64,000 nt of DNA from an uncultured Acidobacteriaceae bacterium (GCA_963752175.1 CAVVXZ010000024.1:58801-122800), one strand, 5' to 3'; counted from the stretch's first letter, positions 27,846-38,727 are shown. Notes: generated by a model not told the origin, from the sequence alone. Made by a program: numbers and translations.

Positions 27846-29342
27846 ATGAGGCTATTCTCGTTCGCTTCAATCTTGCTGTCTTCAATGCTTGCCTTTGCCG
27901 GTTCCGGCTCAGATCAGCCGCCGAGCCGGCTCTGGATCACCGACGTCTTCATCGTCTCCCCCGAGAACCTCGATCACCTTGAGAAGGCCAGCGTGCTCAT
28001 CGAAGACGGACGCATCGCAAAGGTCGAGCGCGCTCATCCGGGCAAGACGCCGGCGGGTGCAACGGTCGTCTCCGGACACGGTCAATACCTGATTCCCGGA
28101 CTGATTGACTCGCACGTTCACTTGGCGGCCGTTCCGGGGATGTCGTTTGACTTGAGTGACGGCAAGCAGCAGCCGATGGTCCAGCAATACTTCAAGCAGC
28201 TTCCTCGCTCCTACCTTTACTTCGGCTACACCACACTCGTCGATCTGGCCGTGGTTCGCCCGCAAGTGTTGGACGACTTCCGGCAGGCTCCGCTGCATCC
28301 GGACTTGTATGACTGCGGCGGGTCGCTCCCCTTCGCCAATGGATACCCCATGTCCTTCGCACCTCCGGCCGGGCGCTTCAAACCCTTCCCAAATTTCATC
28401 TATGACCCTAAGCACGCGGACCGCATTCCGCCGGAATATAAGCCCGAGGATCACACTCCTGCCGCCGACGTCGCCCGCGTGAAAAGCTCCGGCGCGATTT
28501 GCATAAAAACCTACTTCGAGCGCGGTTTTGCCGACGACAAGAATCTGCCCGTCATGGGCCCGGATGTTCTGGCCGAGATCCGTAGCGAGGCAACCAAAGA
28601 CGGCCTGGTGCTCATGATCCACGCCAACGGATTTGAAGCGCAGGAATTTGCTGCCGATGGAAACGTCGACGTCATCGCGCACGGAATGTGGCACTGGGGC
28701 GATCTCGACAAAAAGACGGAACTGCCCGGCGAGATCAAGCGCGTACTCGATGAGATCGTGGAAAAGAAGATTGGCTATCAGCCCACCATCCAGGTCTTGT
28801 ACGGTGAGACCGCCTATTTCGACCCTGCATATCTCAAGATAGACGCCATTGCCAGGGTCACGCCGAAAGACCTGCTGGCGTGGTTCCAATCTCCGGAAGG
28901 CCAGTGGTTCGGAAAAGAAGTGAATGAAGACCACGAACCCAACGACGTGGTTGTCAAGGGCTACGAGCAAGGTCCGATTCGGCGCGTCCGGCAGGTCGTC
29001 GCATACCTCGCCAGCAAAGATGCCAACTTTGTCTTTGGCACCGACACCCCGTCGAGCCCGACTTACGGAAACTTGCCCGGTCTGAACGGCTATCTGGAGA
29101 TGAAGCAACTCCAAAAGGCAGGAATGTCTCTCGCACAGATCTTCCGGGCCGCCACAATCAACAACGCCCGCGAATTCAAAATGGAGTCGCAACTCGGAAC
29201 CATCGAACCGGGGAAGATAGCCAATCTGGTCCTGATGAAGAAATCGCCGCTGGAAACTGTGGATGCCTATGACAGCATCAGCACCGTCTGGCTGCACGGC
29301 AAGGCAGTCCCCCGCGACAGTCTAGCGGCCAATTCAAAGTAG
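27846..29342 (+). CDS. secreted amidohydrolase-family metallo-hydrolase
   Basis: ORF 27783-29342 trimmed to MRLFSFASILLSSMLAFA. PGLIDSHVHL metal motif, internal HANG and FGTDTP motifs. Confidence 0.75.
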   Translation: MRLFSFASILLSSMLAFAGSGSDQPPSRLWITDVFIVSPENLDHLEKASVLIEDGRIAKVERAHPGKTPAGATVVSGHGQYLIPGLIDSHVHLAAVPGMSFDLSDGKQQPMVQQYFKQLPRSYLYFGYTTLVDLAVVRPQVLDDFRQAPLHPDLYDCGGSLPFANGYPMSFAPPAGRFKPFPNFIYDPKHADRIPPEYKPEDHTPAADVARVKSSGAICIKTYFERGFADDKNLPVMGPDVLAEIRSEATKDGLVLMIHANGFEAQEFAADGNVDVIAHGMWHWGDLDKKTELPGEIKRVLDEIVEKKIGYQPTIQVLYGETAYFDPAYLKIDAIARVTPKDLLAWFQSPEGQWFGKEVNEDHEPNDVVVKGYEQGPIRRVRQVVAYLASKDANFVFGTDTPSSPTYGNLPGLNGYLEMKQLQKAGMSLAQIFRAATINNAREFKMESQLGTIEPGKIANLVLMKKSPLETVDAYDSISTVWLHGKAVPRDSLAANSK

Positions 29343-29440
29343 ATCCGCCCGAGTACCGGTGCCCCATTTCTCGCGCGTCCTTTGCCCGAGAAAGCCTGCC
29401 CTGAGCGGAGTCGAAGGGTGGGGATTTCAACAGTACAGGA
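29343..29440. repeat. GC-rich dispersed-repeat-like hairpin block
   Basis: GGTGCCCCATTTCTCGCGCGTCCTTTGCCCGAGAAAGCCTGCCCTGAGCGGAGTCGAAGGGTGGGGATTTC. I recognise this as a common acidobacterial intergenic element. Only one copy lies in this window. Confidence 0.35.
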
Positions 29441-29537
29441 TCGATCCTTATTTTGACGCCCCCTTTTCCCCCTGTTAAACTTGTTATTTGTCATAACTAA
29501 TCAGACAGCCCACCGTTTATAACCAGAAGGGAAATCC

Positions 29538-30263
29538 GTGCGCGCAGAAACCCGCCATCAATTGAAGCAGGACGCGTTCAGCCGTGTCACCATCGACGCC
29601 GCCGAGAAAACCGCCCATTGGACGGTAGAACACCGTTCGACCCTGCTCGTCTCCGCCGTCGCCGCCGTCATCGTCCTCGCCGCCGTGATTGGCGGCTACT
29701 TCTACTTGAGCGCCCAGGACGAAAAAGCAAGCTTCGATCTTTCCAAGGCAGTTCGCACCATGGAGACGCCTCTGCGTCCCGCCGGTACGCCGGAACAGCC
29801 CGACTTCCCAACGTACACTTCCGCCAAAGACCGCGCTCAGGCCGCCCAGAAACAGTTTCAAGCGATCGTCGACCAATATCCCCACACTCGCACCGCCGAC
29901 ATGGCTCATTATTTTCTGGGAGTCACTGCTTCTACGTTGGGTGACAATGCCGCTGCCGAGCGCAATTTCAAGGAAGTCATTTCCGCTGGCAACCGCGAAG
30001 TCTCCGCCGTCGCCAAGTCTGCGCTGGCTTCGCTCTACGGCCAGACGAGCCGCGTGAAAGAAGCAGTCGCTCTCTATCAGGAACTGATCAGCAAGCCGAC
30101 CACCTCGGTCAGCAAGGTCTCGGCGCAATTGCAGTTGGCCGAACTCTATCAAGATTCCAACCAGCCACTTGAAGCCAAGCGCATCTACGAGCAGGTCAAG
30201 AAAGAGAATCCGGGAGCGGAAGCCGGACAACTCGCCACGCAGAAATTGACCGAGTTGAAATGA
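29538..30263 (+). CDS. membrane-anchored tetratricopeptide-repeat (TPR) protein (YfgM-like)
   Basis: GTG start, one TM span (LLVSAVAAVIVLAAVIGGYFYL), then TPR-like helices. The opposite-strand ORF 29517-30230 is rejected. Confidence 0.7.
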   Translation: MRAETRHQLKQDAFSRVTIDAAEKTAHWTVEHRSTLLVSAVAAVIVLAAVIGGYFYLSAQDEKASFDLSKAVRTMETPLRPAGTPEQPDFPTYTSAKDRAQAAQKQFQAIVDQYPHTRTADMAHYFLGVTASTLGDNAAAERNFKEVISAGNREVSAVAKSALASLYGQTSRVKEAVALYQELISKPTTSVSKVSAQLQLAELYQDSNQPLEAKRIYEQVKKENPGAEAGQLATQKLTELK

Positions 30264-30384
30264 GGTCCACTAGTTCCCGTTCCAGTCCACCTGTTGACTT
30301 CTTCCGGCATTCGCCCGCCATTCCCCTTTTCCCGCCGGTTGAGTACTATGTTCTGCAGTTCCAAAAATCAACCACTGGATACCC

Positions 30385-30852
30385 ATGGCCGATCTCACAC
30401 TCCGCGTCAACGGCAGTGAAAAGAAAGTCAGCGTCTCTCCTGAAACTCCACTCCTTTGGGTTCTTCGCGACACCCTGGAACTCACCGGGACCAAGTTCGG
30501 ATGCGGCGCTGGATTATGCGGCGCCTGCACCGTTCACGTCGACGGCAACCCGATCCGCTCCTGCTCAACTCCCGTCTCTCAAGTGGCAGGCAAAAGCGTG
30601 CTGACGATTGAAGGCCTCGGAGCCAACGGACTTCACGTGCTGCAGCAGGCCTGGATCGCCGAAGAAGTTCCGCAATGCGGCTACTGCCAGACAGGGCAAA
30701 TCATGTCCGCCGCAGCGTTGCTGGCGAAAACGCCGAACCCGACCGACGAACAGATCACCGCGGCCTTGAACGGCAACCTCTGCCGCTGCGGAACCTACGA
30801 GCGCATTCGCAAAGCCGTGCATCGCGCCGCCGGCAACGGAGGCTCGCAATGA
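30385..30852 (+). CDS. (2Fe-2S)-binding small subunit (IorA-like), second copy
   Basis: Motifs [23 protein letters not shown] and [12 protein letters not shown] overlap with the following gene. Confidence 0.9.
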   Translation: MADLTLRVNGSEKKVSVSPETPLLWVLRDTLELTGTKFGCGAGLCGACTVHVDGNPIRSCSTPVSQVAGKSVLTIEGLGANGLHVLQQAWIAEEVPQCGYCQTGQIMSAAALLAKTPNPTDEQITAALNGNLCRCGTYERIRKAVHRAAGNGGSQ

Positions 30853-32966
30853 GCCCACTTTCCCGCCGTGAATTCGTCGCCGCCGGAGTCGCCGCCGGCG
30901 CTGGTCTCGTGATCGGATTCTACCTGCCGCACAAATCCGGCTCACAAGAATCGTTCTTTTCGCCGAATGCCTATCTGCGCATCACCCCCGACAACAAGGT
31001 CACCATCGTGGTCGCACGCTCCGAGATGGGCCAAGGCGTGCGCACCGCGCTGCCCATGATCCTCGCCGAAGAGCTCGAGGCCGACTGGAAGCAGATCGAA
31101 ATCGAGCAAGCCGGAGCCAGCACGCTCTACGGCGATCAGACCACCGGAGGCAGCGCCAGCATCCGCACCACATGGGATCCCATGCGCAAAGCCGGAGCCT
31201 CCGCGCGTGAGATGCTGATCTCCGCAGCCGCGTTGACTTGGAACGTTCCGCGCTCGACTTGCGCCGCTGAGAACAGCCGCATCAAGCACGCTGCCACGAA
31301 TCGCAGTCTGAGCTATGGAGAACTCGTCAGCAAAGCCGCGACGCTGCCGATTCCGACTGACGTCACGTTGAAGCAGAGCAAAGACTACAAGATCGTCGGG
31401 CGGCGTCTGCCGCGCGTCGATTCGCCCGCCAAGGTCAAGGGCGAAGCGGTTTTTGGCATCGACTTCCGCGTGCCTGACATGAAGTTCGCGGTGCTTTCGC
31501 GCTGTCCCACGATCGGCGGAAAAGTGTCCGCATTCGACGACAAGGAATCGAAGAAAATCCCCGGCGTGAATTACGTCGGCAAAGTCGGCGATTCGGCCGT
31601 AGCCGTCGTCGCCGACAGCGTTTGGAGCGCGATGGAAGGCCGCCGCGTCCTCAACGTCACGTGGGACGATGGCCCAAACAAAGATCTGACCACCACTGCG
31701 GTGATGGCGTCGCTGAAGCAGGCTGCATCCAAAACACCGGCAAACTTGTTCCTGACTGGTGATCCCACCAAAACAGCGGGACGGAAGATCTCCGCCGAGT
31801 ACACACTCCCCTTCATGGCGCACGCTCCCATGGAACCCGGCAATTGCACCGCGCACTATCAGGGCACGAAATGCGAATTGTGGGCGCCGACGCAGGTTCC
31901 GCAGGATTGTCGCGACTCGGTCGCAACCGCCATCGGCCTCGATCCTGATCAAGTCAAAGTGAATGTCACCCTGATGGGCGGAGGCTTTGGCCGCCGCCTC
32001 GAGCACGACTATGCCGTCGAAGCCGCGCTGGTATCGAAGGCGATCAGCGCTCCGGTGAAAGTGATCTGGACGCGCGAAGATGACATGCGCTTCTCCACGT
32101 ACCGTCCGGCGAGCCTGCATCAGCTCAGCGCCACGCTCGATGTATCGGGAATGCCTGTCGCTCTGACACATCGCCTCATCGCTGGCTCCATCAGCGGACA
32201 AAAGGGTCAGCCGACCCCGAATGGAGTCGATCCCGATCTGCCCGATGAAGCGGGCCCCGTGTACGGAATCCCGAACTATTCCGTCGACTACATGATGGCC
32301 GAGACGCCCGTGCCTTTGGGCTGGATGCGCTCGGTCTACGCCCTGCAAGCGGCGTTTGCGCTCGAGAGTTTCATCGACGAACTCGCGGTCGCAGCCGGCA
32401 AAGACCCGTTGCAGTATCGTCTGAAGCTGCTGGCTAAAGATTCTGACCTCACCTATTTCACGACCACATGGCACACGGCCCGCATGCGCGGAGTGCTGCA
32501 ACTCGCCGCCGAGAAATCGGGATGGGACAAGCCTCTTGCCGCCGGCCACTATCGCGGCGTCGCCTGCTTCGGCTGCTTCGCTTCGTACATGGCGGAAGTC
32601 GTCGAGATCACCATGGAGAACGATCAGCCGCGCGTGCATCGCGTGGTGGCGGTGGTCGACTGCGGACAGGTCGTGAATCCCGCCATTCTCGAGCAGCAGA
32701 TTCAGGGTGGAATCGTGTACGGCCTCGGCAATGCGCTGCGCGCCAAGATCACGATCGAGAAAGGCCGCGTCGTGCAGGGTAACTTCGACGACTACGCCCC
32801 GCTGCGCATGGAAGAAACGCCCGCAGTCGAGGTCTACGCCGTTCCGAGCGTGGAAGTCCCAACCGGAATCGGAGAGCCCTCGGTTCCGCCGGTCGCGCCT
32901 GCGTTATGCAACGCAATCTACGCGGCCACGAAGAAGCGAATCAGAGCGCTGCCAATCCTCGGCTAG
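30849..32966 (+). CDS. molybdopterin-binding large subunit (IorB-like), Tat-exported, second copy
   Basis: ORF 30675-32966 trimmed to [30 protein letters not shown] and GGGFGRR motifs. Collinear with 21014-23206. Confidence 0.85.
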   Translation: MSPLSRREFVAAGVAAGAGLVIGFYLPHKSGSQESFFSPNAYLRITPDNKVTIVVARSEMGQGVRTALPMILAEELEADWKQIEIEQAGASTLYGDQTTGGSASIRTTWDPMRKAGASAREMLISAAALTWNVPRSTCAAENSRIKHAATNRSLSYGELVSKAATLPIPTDVTLKQSKDYKIVGRRLPRVDSPAKVKGEAVFGIDFRVPDMKFAVLSRCPTIGGKVSAFDDKESKKIPGVNYVGKVGDSAVAVVADSVWSAMEGRRVLNVTWDDGPNKDLTTTAVMASLKQAASKTPANLFLTGDPTKTAGRKISAEYTLPFMAHAPMEPGNCTAHYQGTKCELWAPTQVPQDCRDSVATAIGLDPDQVKVNVTLMGGGFGRRLEHDYAVEAALVSKAISAPVKVIWTREDDMRFSTYRPASLHQLSATLDVSGMPVALTHRLIAGSISGQKGQPTPNGVDPDLPDEAGPVYGIPNYSVDYMMAETPVPLGWMRSVYALQAAFALESFIDELAVAAGKDPLQYRLKLLAKDSDLTYFTTTWHTARMRGVLQLAAEKSGWDKPLAAGHYRGVACFGCFASYMAEVVEITMENDQPRVHRVVAVVDCGQVVNPAILEQQIQGGIVYGLGNALRAKITIEKGRVVQGNFDDYAPLRMEETPAVEVYAVPSVEVPTGIGEPSVPPVAPALCNAIYAATKKRIRALPILG

Positions 32967-33018
32967 GCCGGCACTAGCGAGCGAAGGCACCACGAAAGTT
33001 CGCTCCCTAAAAAGCCTT

Positions 33019-33099
33019 GTCGTCCTGAGCGAAGGATCTATCTGCCGGCGCCAGCAAAATGCAGAGTCCTTCGCGGCAAAGAACGCCGCTCAGGATGAC
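33019..33099. repeat. family B palindromic element, full copy
   Basis: GTCGTCCTGAGCGAAGGATC...GAGTCCTTCGCGGCAAAGAACGCCGCTCAGGATGAC. Confidence 0.8.
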
Positions 33100-33165
33100 A
33101 AAATGAGCTCAAACCCGGCATTCACCGAGGTATCAGGCTCAGACCCGTAACCTGAAGGAGTGTCC

Positions 33166-34311
33166 ATGATCCGCAAGAGGATCGCTGTCCTCATATTTCT
33201 CGCTTCCCTACCATTCGCGTTCGCTCAAACTGCCCCGACATCCTCCGTTCCCGCCGCGCGCCTGGCGCACATTCGCCACGGTGTGAATCTCAGCGGATGG
33301 TTCGCGCAGGTCTACGATCCCAAGGGATACACAAAAGAACACCTTCAGGCCTGGACCACAGCCTCCGACATCGCGCTGATCAAGTCGGCCGGATTCGATC
33401 ATGTGCGCTTAAGCGTGAATCCTCAGCCTTTCATGGACGCCGCACGCCATCGCGACGTCAGCGCAGAATTATTCGGCCTTCTCGACGCCGCGATCAAGAT
33501 GATTCTCGACGCTGGCCTCGCCGTCGAAATCGACATGCATCCCGACTCCGACTTCAAGGCGCGCCTTGCGAAAGAAGACGAATTCGTCGAGCGCTTTTCC
33601 GATTTCTGGAGCATGGTGGCCAAGCGCTATGCGCCGTTCGATCCAGATCGTGTCTTCTTCGAAATCCTGAATGAACCCGAAATGCGCGACGCCTACCGCT
33701 GGTATGGAGTGGAAGCGAAGTTGGCCGCGGCCATTCGCCGCAGTGCACCGTCGAACACCATCATCGCAGCCGGCGCACGCTGGGACGACGACGACGACCT
33801 GGTCTTTCTCGAGCCTCTGCCCGATACCAACGTCGTCTACGTTTTCCATTTCTACGAGCCGCACATCTTCACCCATCAGGGCGCGACGTGGGGAGCGTAT
33901 TACTGGCACTGGCTCAAAGGCCTGCACTATCCGTCATCGCCGGAGAATGCGGCGCAAGTCGCAACGTTGCTTCCCGAGGCCCGCGACCGCATGCAGGTCA
34001 TTCGTTACGGACAGGATCATTGGGATGCAGCTCGAATTGATGCCGAGATCACTCAGGTAGCCGACTGGGCCAAGCAGCGCGGAGTGCCGCTGATCTGCAA
34101 TGAGTTCGGCGTGTTCCGCGATTTCTCCGAGCCCCAAGACCGCAACGCGTGGATCAAAGACGTCCGCACGTCCCTGGAACGCCACAACATCGGCTGGACC
34201 ATGTGGGACTACTCCGGCAACTTCGGCGTGGTCACCCAGAAAGACGGCAAGGCCACGCTCGATGAAATGTCGGTACGCGCCCTCGGGTTTCGGATGCCAT
34301 CGCCACGATGA
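33166..34311 (+). CDS. secreted glycoside hydrolase family 5 (cellulase-type)
   Basis: AAGGAG lies 5 nt before ATG 33166. Signal peptide, GVNLSGWF, HVRLSV, FEILNEPE (acid/base) and ICNEFGV (nucleophile). Confidence 0.8.
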   Translation: MIRKRIAVLIFLASLPFAFAQTAPTSSVPAARLAHIRHGVNLSGWFAQVYDPKGYTKEHLQAWTTASDIALIKSAGFDHVRLSVNPQPFMDAARHRDVSAELFGLLDAAIKMILDAGLAVEIDMHPDSDFKARLAKEDEFVERFSDFWSMVAKRYAPFDPDRVFFEILNEPEMRDAYRWYGVEAKLAAAIRRSAPSNTIIAAGARWDDDDDLVFLEPLPDTNVVYVFHFYEPHIFTHQGATWGAYYWHWLKGLHYPSSPENAAQVATLLPEARDRMQVIRYGQDHWDAARIDAEITQVADWAKQRGVPLICNEFGVFRDFSEPQDRNAWIKDVRTSLERHNIGWTMWDYSGNFGVVTQKDGKATLDEMSVRALGFRMPSPR

Positions 34312-34318
34312 CACACAC

Positions 34319-35275
34319 TCACTTCGTCTGTGAGGCCATGTCCTGGGCGAAATTCTGAAAGGCCGCCAGGTCCTCAGCCGGAGCGGGATGGAGATCGTTC
34401 TTCCTTCTGAGCGCATCGCGGGCGGCTTCTTCCGCAGTCCAGTATTTGAGAAAAACACCTTCGCGCAGATACCTGATCTCCTGCAGTGTCGAATCGGAAG
34501 CGCCTGCATACTTGTCCACCTGCTGCAGAAAGAAATCAAAAAGCGGCGAAGGCAGTTCGGAACTATCCGCCGCGTCGCGGCGCGTGTACTCGAAGATCGT
34601 CTTCTGATGCCACGGATTGAATTTCTTTGTCCCGAACGAATCGGTGACGTCCAGAAATATCTGCGAAGTGGGCACAACGACTCGAATTTAAGAACCGTTC
34701 GCCGGGTGAAGCACCCACGCTGCGACCGTGTGATTGGGGTAGGGCCAGAATAGTCCGACGCTTCGCACTCCTGCACGCTCGACCAGGAAGGCGAACAGGG
34801 CAGAAAGTTCGTCGCATTCCGCAGAGGCTGTCGGGGTTAACGACGATACGTTCTTGACGACCTTCCACTGACTCCAAACCCGGTCGGAGTTCGGAGGCAT
34901 GTTCGTAATGGTCCAATGCATGTTCCAGAAGCCCGCGTCGCGTGTAGCCTCATAAAGAAGCCGGACGATGACAAAATCGGAATAATTGACGCCTCCGGGA
35001 GCAATCTTATAGGCCGAAAGAAAGGATTGAAAACTGCTGTGCATCCCCGAACTCTGCTCGAGAATCTTCGCCTTGGCGCGCACTGCTCTCACCAGACTCG
35101 CCACGCTCGATTCCGAAGAGTGTGAGGCTGCTGCTTGAGTCTTGGAATCGATCGCCCCCGAACTGAGGGGCATCAAGGCGAGAAAAGCACACAACCATTG
35201 AAGCGGGCATCGGCGTCGCACCAACAAATCATATCTTCCGTGCGCCCGAATGCCAGCTGAATCGAGGCTCCTCAC
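34319..35275 (-). pseudogene. hypothetical secreted protein split by one in-frame TAA (complement 34688-34690)
   Basis: ORFs 34688-35275 and 34319-34675 share a frame, and only the TAA separates ...WVLHPANGS from IRVVVPTSQIFLDV... The Cys...His arrangement (ASAECDELSALFAFLVERAGV...NHTVAAWV) is reminiscent of transglutaminase-like/papain-fold cores; this is a weak inference. Confidence 0.5.
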
Positions 35276-35389
35276 ACGCTTTTTTCGCGGAACCTATCTC
35301 AAGCATTCGGTGTCTAATTCGGAATTGCCAATGGTCTCTTGACGTTCTACTCTCGAGTCGCCGCCACGTCTTGCCTCGCGAGGTGACCC

Positions 35390-36160
35390 ATGCTCGAAGC
35401 CGTGCACTTGACCAAGCGCTACGCGTCACTGCCGGCAGTGCAGGATCTGTCTTTCTCGTTGCGTCCCGGACAGGTACTCGGTTGTCTCGGCCCCAACGGT
35501 TCGGGCAAGAGCACCACGGTGAAAATGCTCACCGGACTGTTGCAACCGACCCGCGGCGTGGTTCGATTCGACGGTCACAACATCCAGGAAGACCTGACCG
35601 CCTACCGCAAGCTTCTCGGCTACGTTCCGGAAGAGCCCCTTCTTTATCCGTATCTGACGGGCTGGGAATATCTGGAGTTGATCGGTACTCTGCGTGGTAT
35701 GGAGCGCCGCGATCTTGCCAAGAAGATCGAGTCCCTGCTCGAACTGTTCTCGCTGCATCCCAACCGGCACACCAGCATTGGTTCGTACTCGAAGGGCATG
35801 CGGCAGCGCATTCTGCTCATTGCAGCGATCATGGACGATCCGGAAATCTTCATCTTCGATGAACCGCTCTCCGGACTCGACGTCACCTCCGCGCTGATCT
35901 TCAAGAACTTGGTGCAGACGCTCGGGCGACAGGGCAAGCTCGTCTTCTATTGTTCGCATGTACTGGAGGTAGTCGAGAAAGTCTGCTCCGACGTGCTGAT
36001 TCTGCGCAAAGGTGTCGTTATAGCGCAAGACTCGGTAACGAACATCGGCCAGATTATCGGACAATCGCTGGAGAACACATTCCTGCACCTAGTTGATGAC
36101 GTCGACACAATGACTGTAGCGCGCGACATCGTCAACGTCATGAAAACGAAGGCCGCATGA
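35390..36160 (+). CDS. ABC transporter ATP-binding protein
   Basis: Walker A GPNGSGKST, signature YSKGMRQR, Walker B IFIFDEP. Confidence 0.9.
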   Translation: MLEAVHLTKRYASLPAVQDLSFSLRPGQVLGCLGPNGSGKSTTVKMLTGLLQPTRGVVRFDGHNIQEDLTAYRKLLGYVPEEPLLYPYLTGWEYLELIGTLRGMERRDLAKKIESLLELFSLHPNRHTSIGSYSKGMRQRILLIAAIMDDPEIFIFDEPLSGLDVTSALIFKNLVQTLGRQGKLVFYCSHVLEVVEKVCSDVLILRKGVVIAQDSVTNIGQIIGQSLENTFLHLVDDVDTMTVARDIVNVMKTKAA

Positions 36161-37914
36161 TTGCCGAAGCGCTCGACAAGGTATGGAACAAGTGGGACGA
36201 GCGCCGCCAGCGTCCCTTCTGGCGGATGGTGTACCTCTTCGCGGCCCGCGTCTTCCGCGGCGGCGGAGACTCCGACGCGGAAGGCCTCGATCTTGGTATC
36301 GGCCTCGTGCTCACGCTGCTCGCCATGCCCGGCGGCTTCGTCTCGCTCCTGTTATTGAACAAGTATGGAACGTTCCTGCAATGGCTGCGCGGTGCCACCA
36401 ACGTTGATCCGCTTCTGGTCGCGCTTCCCGATGAATACTTCTTTATCGTCCTCTCGATGACTGTAACGGGAGCCGTGGCCGTCTGGCGATGGGATGCCAT
36501 CTTTCCCGACCGCCGCGACTACATGAATCTCGTCCCGCTTCCCATTTCCACGCAGACCATTTTCTTCGCCAATTTGGTCGCGGTGCTGTTTCTGGTTGGA
36601 CTGGTTGCGTTCGACGTGAACGCCGCGTCGTGCATTCTCTTCCCCATGGTTGTCGGCGCGACCCAGAGCAAGTTTCTGTTCTTCATAAAGTTTGCTGTGA
36701 TTCATGCAGTCGGCGTTCTGCTGGCCAGCGCTTTCGCCTTTTTTGCCGTCTTCTCAGTGATTGGACTCCTGATGGCGTTCCTGTCGCCTCGAGCTTTTCG
36801 ACGATTCTCCGCCTACTTCCGCAGCATTGTTGTCGTTTGCCTGGTCGCTCTCTTGTGCACTAGCTTCGCGGTGCCGCAGCTGCTGCATCGCGCCTTCGCA
36901 CCTCGATGGATGACTCTGATTCCTTCGTGCTGGTTTCTCGGCCTGTGCCAGTCGTTGCGGGGCCGCGCCGGTCCCGTGCTCACGGAGCTGTCCAGACTTG
37001 CCCTCCCCGGACTCGCGACCGTCGCGTTGGTTGCGCTGTGTACCTACGTGATCGGTTACCGGCGTCATTTCGTACGTATCGCAGAGATTGCAGACGCATC
37101 TGCGGGTGCCCGCACACCGAGTATGTGGCGCATTGGCCTTCTGTTAGATCGCATGGCGCTGCGCACTCCCTTCCAAAAAGCCGGTTTTCAGTTTGTGGGA
37201 AAAACGCTGCTCCGCAGCGAAGCTCATCGCCTCGTTCTGACCGCGGTGGGCGGGCTCGCTCTGGTCCTGGCTTCGCAGGCCCTGATGGATGCGTTTGATG
37301 GCGGCAAGTCGTTGCGCCAGGCAGCGCTCACGCCTGACGCTCTCTCGATTCCTTTCATTCTCAGCTTCCTGCTCATCATCGGCCTACGCGTCGTATTCGA
37401 AATTCCGGCAGAGTTACGCTCTAACTGGATCTTCCAGCTGATGACCGATCCAGACGGACAAGAGTGTACGGGCCTGGCGAGACGGGTGATTCTGATCCTG
37501 GTGCTGCCTTGGCTCTTCGTCATAGCATTTCCCGTCTACGTTTATCTGGAAGGCTGGACGGTCGCATCCCTGCATACGCTGCTGGTCGTGACGTGGGCAC
37601 TGCTGTTGACGAACATCATGCTGATTCGTTTTCGCAAGATTCCATTTACCTGCACACTTCCGCTCTTCAAACAACACTCCTTCGTGACCCTGCTATCCGG
37701 CTGCTTCGGATTTCTGATCTATGCCGTTTCGACGCCAGAGTTCGAGTCCTCGGCACTGGCAGAGCCGTTGCGGATGCTGAGTCTTGCCCCCTTGGCGCTG
37801 GTGCTCTGGTATGTTCCTCATTATCTTGGCAAGAACAGCACCGAACTGGAGCGGCGGCTGATCTTCGAGGAATCCCCCACCCAGACAATCGAAGCCCTTC
37901 GGCTAGGCGACTAG
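36157..37914 (+). CDS. large polytopic membrane protein, putative ABC-exporter permease partner
   Basis: 585 aa, at least 10 hydrophobic spans, ATGA overlap with the ATPase gene. The resemblance to the Pfam 'putative ABC exporter' family is from memory only. Confidence 0.6.
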   Translation: MIAEALDKVWNKWDERRQRPFWRMVYLFAARVFRGGGDSDAEGLDLGIGLVLTLLAMPGGFVSLLLLNKYGTFLQWLRGATNVDPLLVALPDEYFFIVLSMTVTGAVAVWRWDAIFPDRRDYMNLVPLPISTQTIFFANLVAVLFLVGLVAFDVNAASCILFPMVVGATQSKFLFFIKFAVIHAVGVLLASAFAFFAVFSVIGLLMAFLSPRAFRRFSAYFRSIVVVCLVALLCTSFAVPQLLHRAFAPRWMTLIPSCWFLGLCQSLRGRAGPVLTELSRLALPGLATVALVALCTYVIGYRRHFVRIAEIADASAGARTPSMWRIGLLLDRMALRTPFQKAGFQFVGKTLLRSEAHRLVLTAVGGLALVLASQALMDAFDGGKSLRQAALTPDALSIPFILSFLLIIGLRVVFEIPAELRSNWIFQLMTDPDGQECTGLARRVILILVLPWLFVIAFPVYVYLEGWTVASLHTLLVVTWALLLTNIMLIRFRKIPFTCTLPLFKQHSFVTLLSGCFGFLIYAVSTPEFESSALAEPLRMLSLAPLALVLWYVPHYLGKNSTELERRLIFEESPTQTIEALRLGD

Positions 37915-37933
37915 CCGGTCGCCAACACCCTGA

Positions 37934-38000
37934 ACCACGAAGGACACGAAGTATCACGAAGGTCTTCTATTCGCCGATTTCCTTCGTGGTCCTTAGTGGT
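37934..38000. repeat. family A intergenic element (hairpin form)
   Basis: AACCACGAAGGACACGAAGTATCACGAAGG ... TTCCTTCGTGGTCCTTAGTGGT. Confidence 0.8.
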
Positions 38001-38175
38001 GAAAGGGTTCCTTTCCGTTACCTGGCTCACCACAGTCTGCCCCGCTTTCTTGACACATCGCCGCTCCCCCAATTATCCTAAGTCTTGCTCCTTGCGGTAC
38101 TTACGCCTCTTGGCGTGCTTCCGCGGGCCTGGGTTACCCATACTGGGTTGGCGACGTTGACGCGGAGGTTTCGCA

Positions 38176-38727
38176 ATGTTCCTGGACATCCATGAATTGG
38201 AACGCCATCCTCTCGATTTTGAGGAGGTGTTTCAGCCCGGAGTCATCGACTTGGGAGGCGAAGTCCGGCAGCGCACACCGCTCCAGGCCTCAGGACACGC
38301 CGAAATCGTCGAGGAGCATCACAGCAAGCATGAGGTCATCACCGACATACGCCTGCGGGGGCGCTTGTCGGCTGGCCTCGAATTGCAGTGCGCCCGCTGC
38401 CTGGAGCCGGTATTGCAGGACGTCACGCGCGAGTTCGAATTGCTTTACCGTCCGCTTGGAGCCGATGCCGGACGCGACGAGCTCTCGGTGACCGACGCGG
38501 AAGCCGAGATCGGCTATTATCAGGGTAACGGCCTTTTGCTCGAAGACGTTTTGCGCGAGCAGGTGCTGCTGGCGTTGCCGTTGAAAGTCACGTGCCGCGA
38601 AGATTGCCGGGGTTTGTGCCCCCACTGCGGCCAGAATTTGAATGAAGGACAGTGTTCTTGCACAACTGCGATCGAAGACCCGCGATGGACGGCCTTGCGA
38701 GAAATTCGCAGCAAGCTGGAACACTAG
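38176..38727 (+). CDS. yceD: YceD/DUF177 family protein (large-subunit rRNA accumulation protein)
   Basis: 183 aa with CARCLEP...CREDCRGLCPHCGQNLN. Sits in the conserved position upstream of rpmF. Confidence 0.8.
   Translation: MFLDIHELERHPLDFEEVFQPGVIDLGGEVRQRTPLQASGHAEIVEEHHSKHEVITDIRLRGRLSAGLELQCARCLEPVLQDVTREFELLYRPLGADAGRDELSVTDAEAEIGYYQGNGLLLEDVLREQVLLALPLKVTCREDCRGLCPHCGQNLNEGQCSCTTAIEDPRWTALREIRSKLEH

Noticed and set aside
27909-29297. 462-aa minus-strand ORF
   Set aside because: Antisense to the amidohydrolase gene. Shadow frame.
29517-30230. 237-aa minus-strand ORF
   Set aside because: The opposite-strand ORF 29538-30263 has a TM anchor and TPR-like helices. The minus product is Gly/Arg/Asp-rich.
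30942-32639. 565-aa minus-strand ORF
   Set aside because: Antisense to the second IorB-like gene. Shadow frame.
34688-34690. The in-frame TAA (and the TAG at 51555-51557) as programmed recoding
   Set aside because: TAA is not a Sec or Pyl codon. The TAG lies in a gene that also carries a frameshift. No SECIS- or PYLIS-like context or machinery is visible, so decay or sequencing error is the simpler explanation.
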